DNA from: the human T2T-CHM13v2.0 reference genome, Homo sapiens
Assembly (NCBI RefSeq): GCF_009914755.1
Contig: NC_060932.1
Strand: one strand, 5' to 3'
DNA length: 64,000 nucleotides
This document shows positions 60,161 through 64,000 of the stretch, piece by piece. Position numbers and translations under genes: made by a program. Under the pieces are notes generated by a model. The model saw only the letters and a program-made list of their open reading frames with translations. It was not told the origin of the DNA and made no database searches. Positions within the stretch are counted from its first letter, which is position 1. Every line of letters begins with the position of its first letter.

Positions 60161-60334
60161 AAGTAGAGAGGAAAGCAGGTGGTGAGAAAAATTAAAAGGC
60201 TAAATCATTTTTTATTTTGTTTTCTTTTTTTGAATTGTTAACTACTTACACATAATTTTCTTCACAGTGTTTTATGTGATCTTCTGAGCCAACAATAACT
60301 TATCCACCCTTTGAACTATCTTATACTTTATTAA

Positions 60335-60656
<322 letters not shown>

Positions 60657-61699
60657 CAATTATCACTTTCTAATTTATATTTTAGTTATTTATGTATATG
60701 ACTAAAATATATTGTATCATTTTGTTTTGCTAAATATGAAAAGTTTCACATTTTGTTTTTAACACTTTTAATATTACTTTGCAAAGATAGAGGACTCATT
60801 GAGCCTGATACTTAATGTGTTTTACTGCTTAATTTAGCTTGTATTTATGTAAGTATATAAAACAAATAAATCTGCTTTCTAAAAAAAGTTCATTACAGAG
60901 ATTACCTGTCATTGTTGAAACTATTTAAAATTAAGAACTGATCACACAGACATCTTCAGTGGCATACCTAAATTCACTTGCACCTGCTTTAGTACTTTTT
61001 TCCTGCCTGAGACTGGAAGAAAGAAAACATCCTGATTTCAGAGTGTTATGTGTCTATGAAAGGGTTAATTAATTATTCCACTTTATTTAAACTAGAAAGT
61101 TCTACAACGATAGCTAATGCAGTTGAATAAAAATTTTAAAAAGTAACTGAATTAGTCTAATACTTGATTTTCATTGATATTAATAATTATCTCTCTATTT
61201 AAAATATGAAACAGTATGGATTCCATGATGAAGACAAAAGTATATTTCCTAGATAAAGAATCAGTTGTAAAAGAAAGAAATGTTGCTTAGCAGTAAAACA
61301 AATTTAAAGAATTACAGAAGTCTCAGTGAATGCTTTTTAAAGCCAAGAAAGTTAGTTGTTACATTATATTTTATGAAGTGTTCTGGTGCACCATTATAAT
61401 AACAAATGCTTTGTGGTCGATTTAGCTATTTGAAGAAAAAAGTCTCCTAGATAACAGTGATAAAATCACCTCAAAACTGAATAAAGATCAAATAAACCTC
61501 ATATCAAAATTTCCAGTATTCTAGATAGCTTAATTTTACCCTGTAAGATCAAACCAGGATGTATAATGCTGGCTAAATGCAAACACTTAAAATTCTGAAA
61601 CATCACTTCCCTACGTACAGGTTTTCTTCAGAATGATCATCTTATAACAAGTCAGAGGTAGGGGAAGTTAATGGTCAAAGAAATTTTTAAAATACTCCA

Positions 61700-62455
<756 letters not shown>

Positions 62456-63326
62456 ATTATCCGTAAGATACCCAAATAGTACTTTTTGAAGATTTATATT
62501 AAACATTAGCATACAAAATCCCATAGTGGTCCAGCTTTTAAAAAACAGCTTAACTTTGTTTAAACCAACCTAGAAATATGTTTAACCACAGGAATTGTTT
62601 AATTGATTTAAAACCTATTTTTGTCCTACAGCTTCAGTGTTGCAAAACGCATCGGTTTGGGAAATGTCTTTAAAGGCAATTTCATTAAAGACAAATAATT
62701 AGCTTTTACAAACATTACTTCAGAGAAAATTCTACTCATGCAAATGCTTAAGTAAAATCCACTATGCTGCCTGGAAACAGTAAAAATAACAGTCATGGAG
62801 AACTAACTATGCATCAGGTATTTGCAAAATATATGCAAGCAACATCTTTTATATTTCCTTTACACACACTTGCTTTTTCCACTGCATACTCCACACAGCT
62901 AAAATAATGACCTACAGATTAATTTGGTATTTTAACAACATTGTTTAAATTATTGTGATTATCTGTCCTTGAACAAAAAGGAATATTCTAGACTCCTTCC
63001 TCAGAATATCTTAATGTATCCTAAAAAAATACGATGCACCTCATAATTTATTTGCATTTCATTTTAATCAATTTTTTCATAAAATACAGTGTACTAGAAT
63101 TTTTTTCTAGGTTATTAGGTATTATGTCTCAGGTATTTTTTTGTTCATATATTAACAGCATAATGCATATGTAATATTACAGACTGAGTGATCCTTTCAG
63201 AAAGTATAATCATGGAGAGTACCATGCTTTCTAAATACAGTTATTATTGTTCTTTTCAAGCTGTAGCTTGAAAGCATTTCCAGCTTTATTTTTTTAGAAG
63301 GAATAATTCTTGCTCAATTGAGTTTC

Positions 63327-63630
63327 TTTTTTCTTTTTTTTTTTTGAGATGATGGAGCCTCACTTTGTTGCCCAGGCTGGAGTGCAGTGGTGGGACTTGG
63401 CTCACTGCAAGCTCTGCCTCCTGGGTTCAGGCCATTCTCCTGCCTCAGCCTCCCGAGTAGCTGGGACTACAGGTGTCTGCCACCACACCTGGCTAATTTT
63501 TTTTGTATGTTTAGCAGAGACAGGGTTTCACTGTGTTAGCCAGGATGGTCTCAATCTCTTGACCTTGTGATCCACCCACCTCCGCTTCCCAAAGTGCTGG
63601 GATTACAGGCGTGAGCCACCACACCCGGCC
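63327..63630 (-). mobile_element. AluY/Sc8
   Basis: 'gcaagctctgcc', 'ccattctcc', 'gtgttagccaggatgg'; TSD GAGTTTCTT. Confidence 0.94.
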
Positions 63631-63679
63631 GAGTTTCTTGAATTATATTTTCAACAGTTTCTATTCCAGAGTAAATAGC

Positions 63680-63699
63680 CTGAATACAGCTGTATTCAG
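63680..63699. repeat. Perfect 20-bp palindrome CTGAATACAGCTGTATTCAG
   Basis: Identical to its own reverse complement. Confidence 0.95.
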
Positions 63700-64000
63700 A
63701 TAGTCCTTGAATATAGCTATACAATTCTGGATAGACCACTGAAGCAAATATTAGAAATGATAAGTAAATAAGCCTAAGTAAGTTGGGGAAGAAGACAAAA
63801 ATTTTTAGTAACAACAGCTGGTAGTGAGTTCGTCATATTTTTCCTCTGGTTCTCATGCTCCTGGCCCCAGAATAAAGAAAGGCCATATATTTTCACAGAG
63901 TGGAATAACTAAAGACCCACCTTTCTGGCCATATGATTGAAAAGGGGGCAGCAAGAAATCAGAAATTATCTTAGAGATCACTGAAAGAGAGGAGCTTGGA

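Overview
AT-rich, gene-poor primate (human-like) genomic DNA. AluY-type elements imply a catarrhine. I find no credible protein-coding exon, RNA gene, CpG island or microbial-type system. The listed ORFs are Alu-, L1-, MaLR- or low-complexity-derived, or are unrecognisable short AT-rich frames. The window is a layered transposon record: about 19 Alus (J/S/Y), four minus-strand L1PA 3' fragments, older L1M/L1PB pieces, a full-length THE1B provirus, a rearranged THE1D, ERV1 solo LTRs (MER72- and MER4-like), MLT1/MLT2/LTR16, L2, MIR and hAT MITEs. Subfamily names are from recalled consensus sequences, not a search. The most unusual structures are: (1) a THE1D whose two LTRs are inverted yet bracketed by one near-perfect 5-bp TSD, each LTR keeping a DUX4 site; (2) a ~120-bp inverted duplication fused to a broken MER1A; (3) an L1PA with a twin-priming inversion and a probable micro 3' transduction; (4) an Alu whose poly(A) tail is replaced by G-runs.
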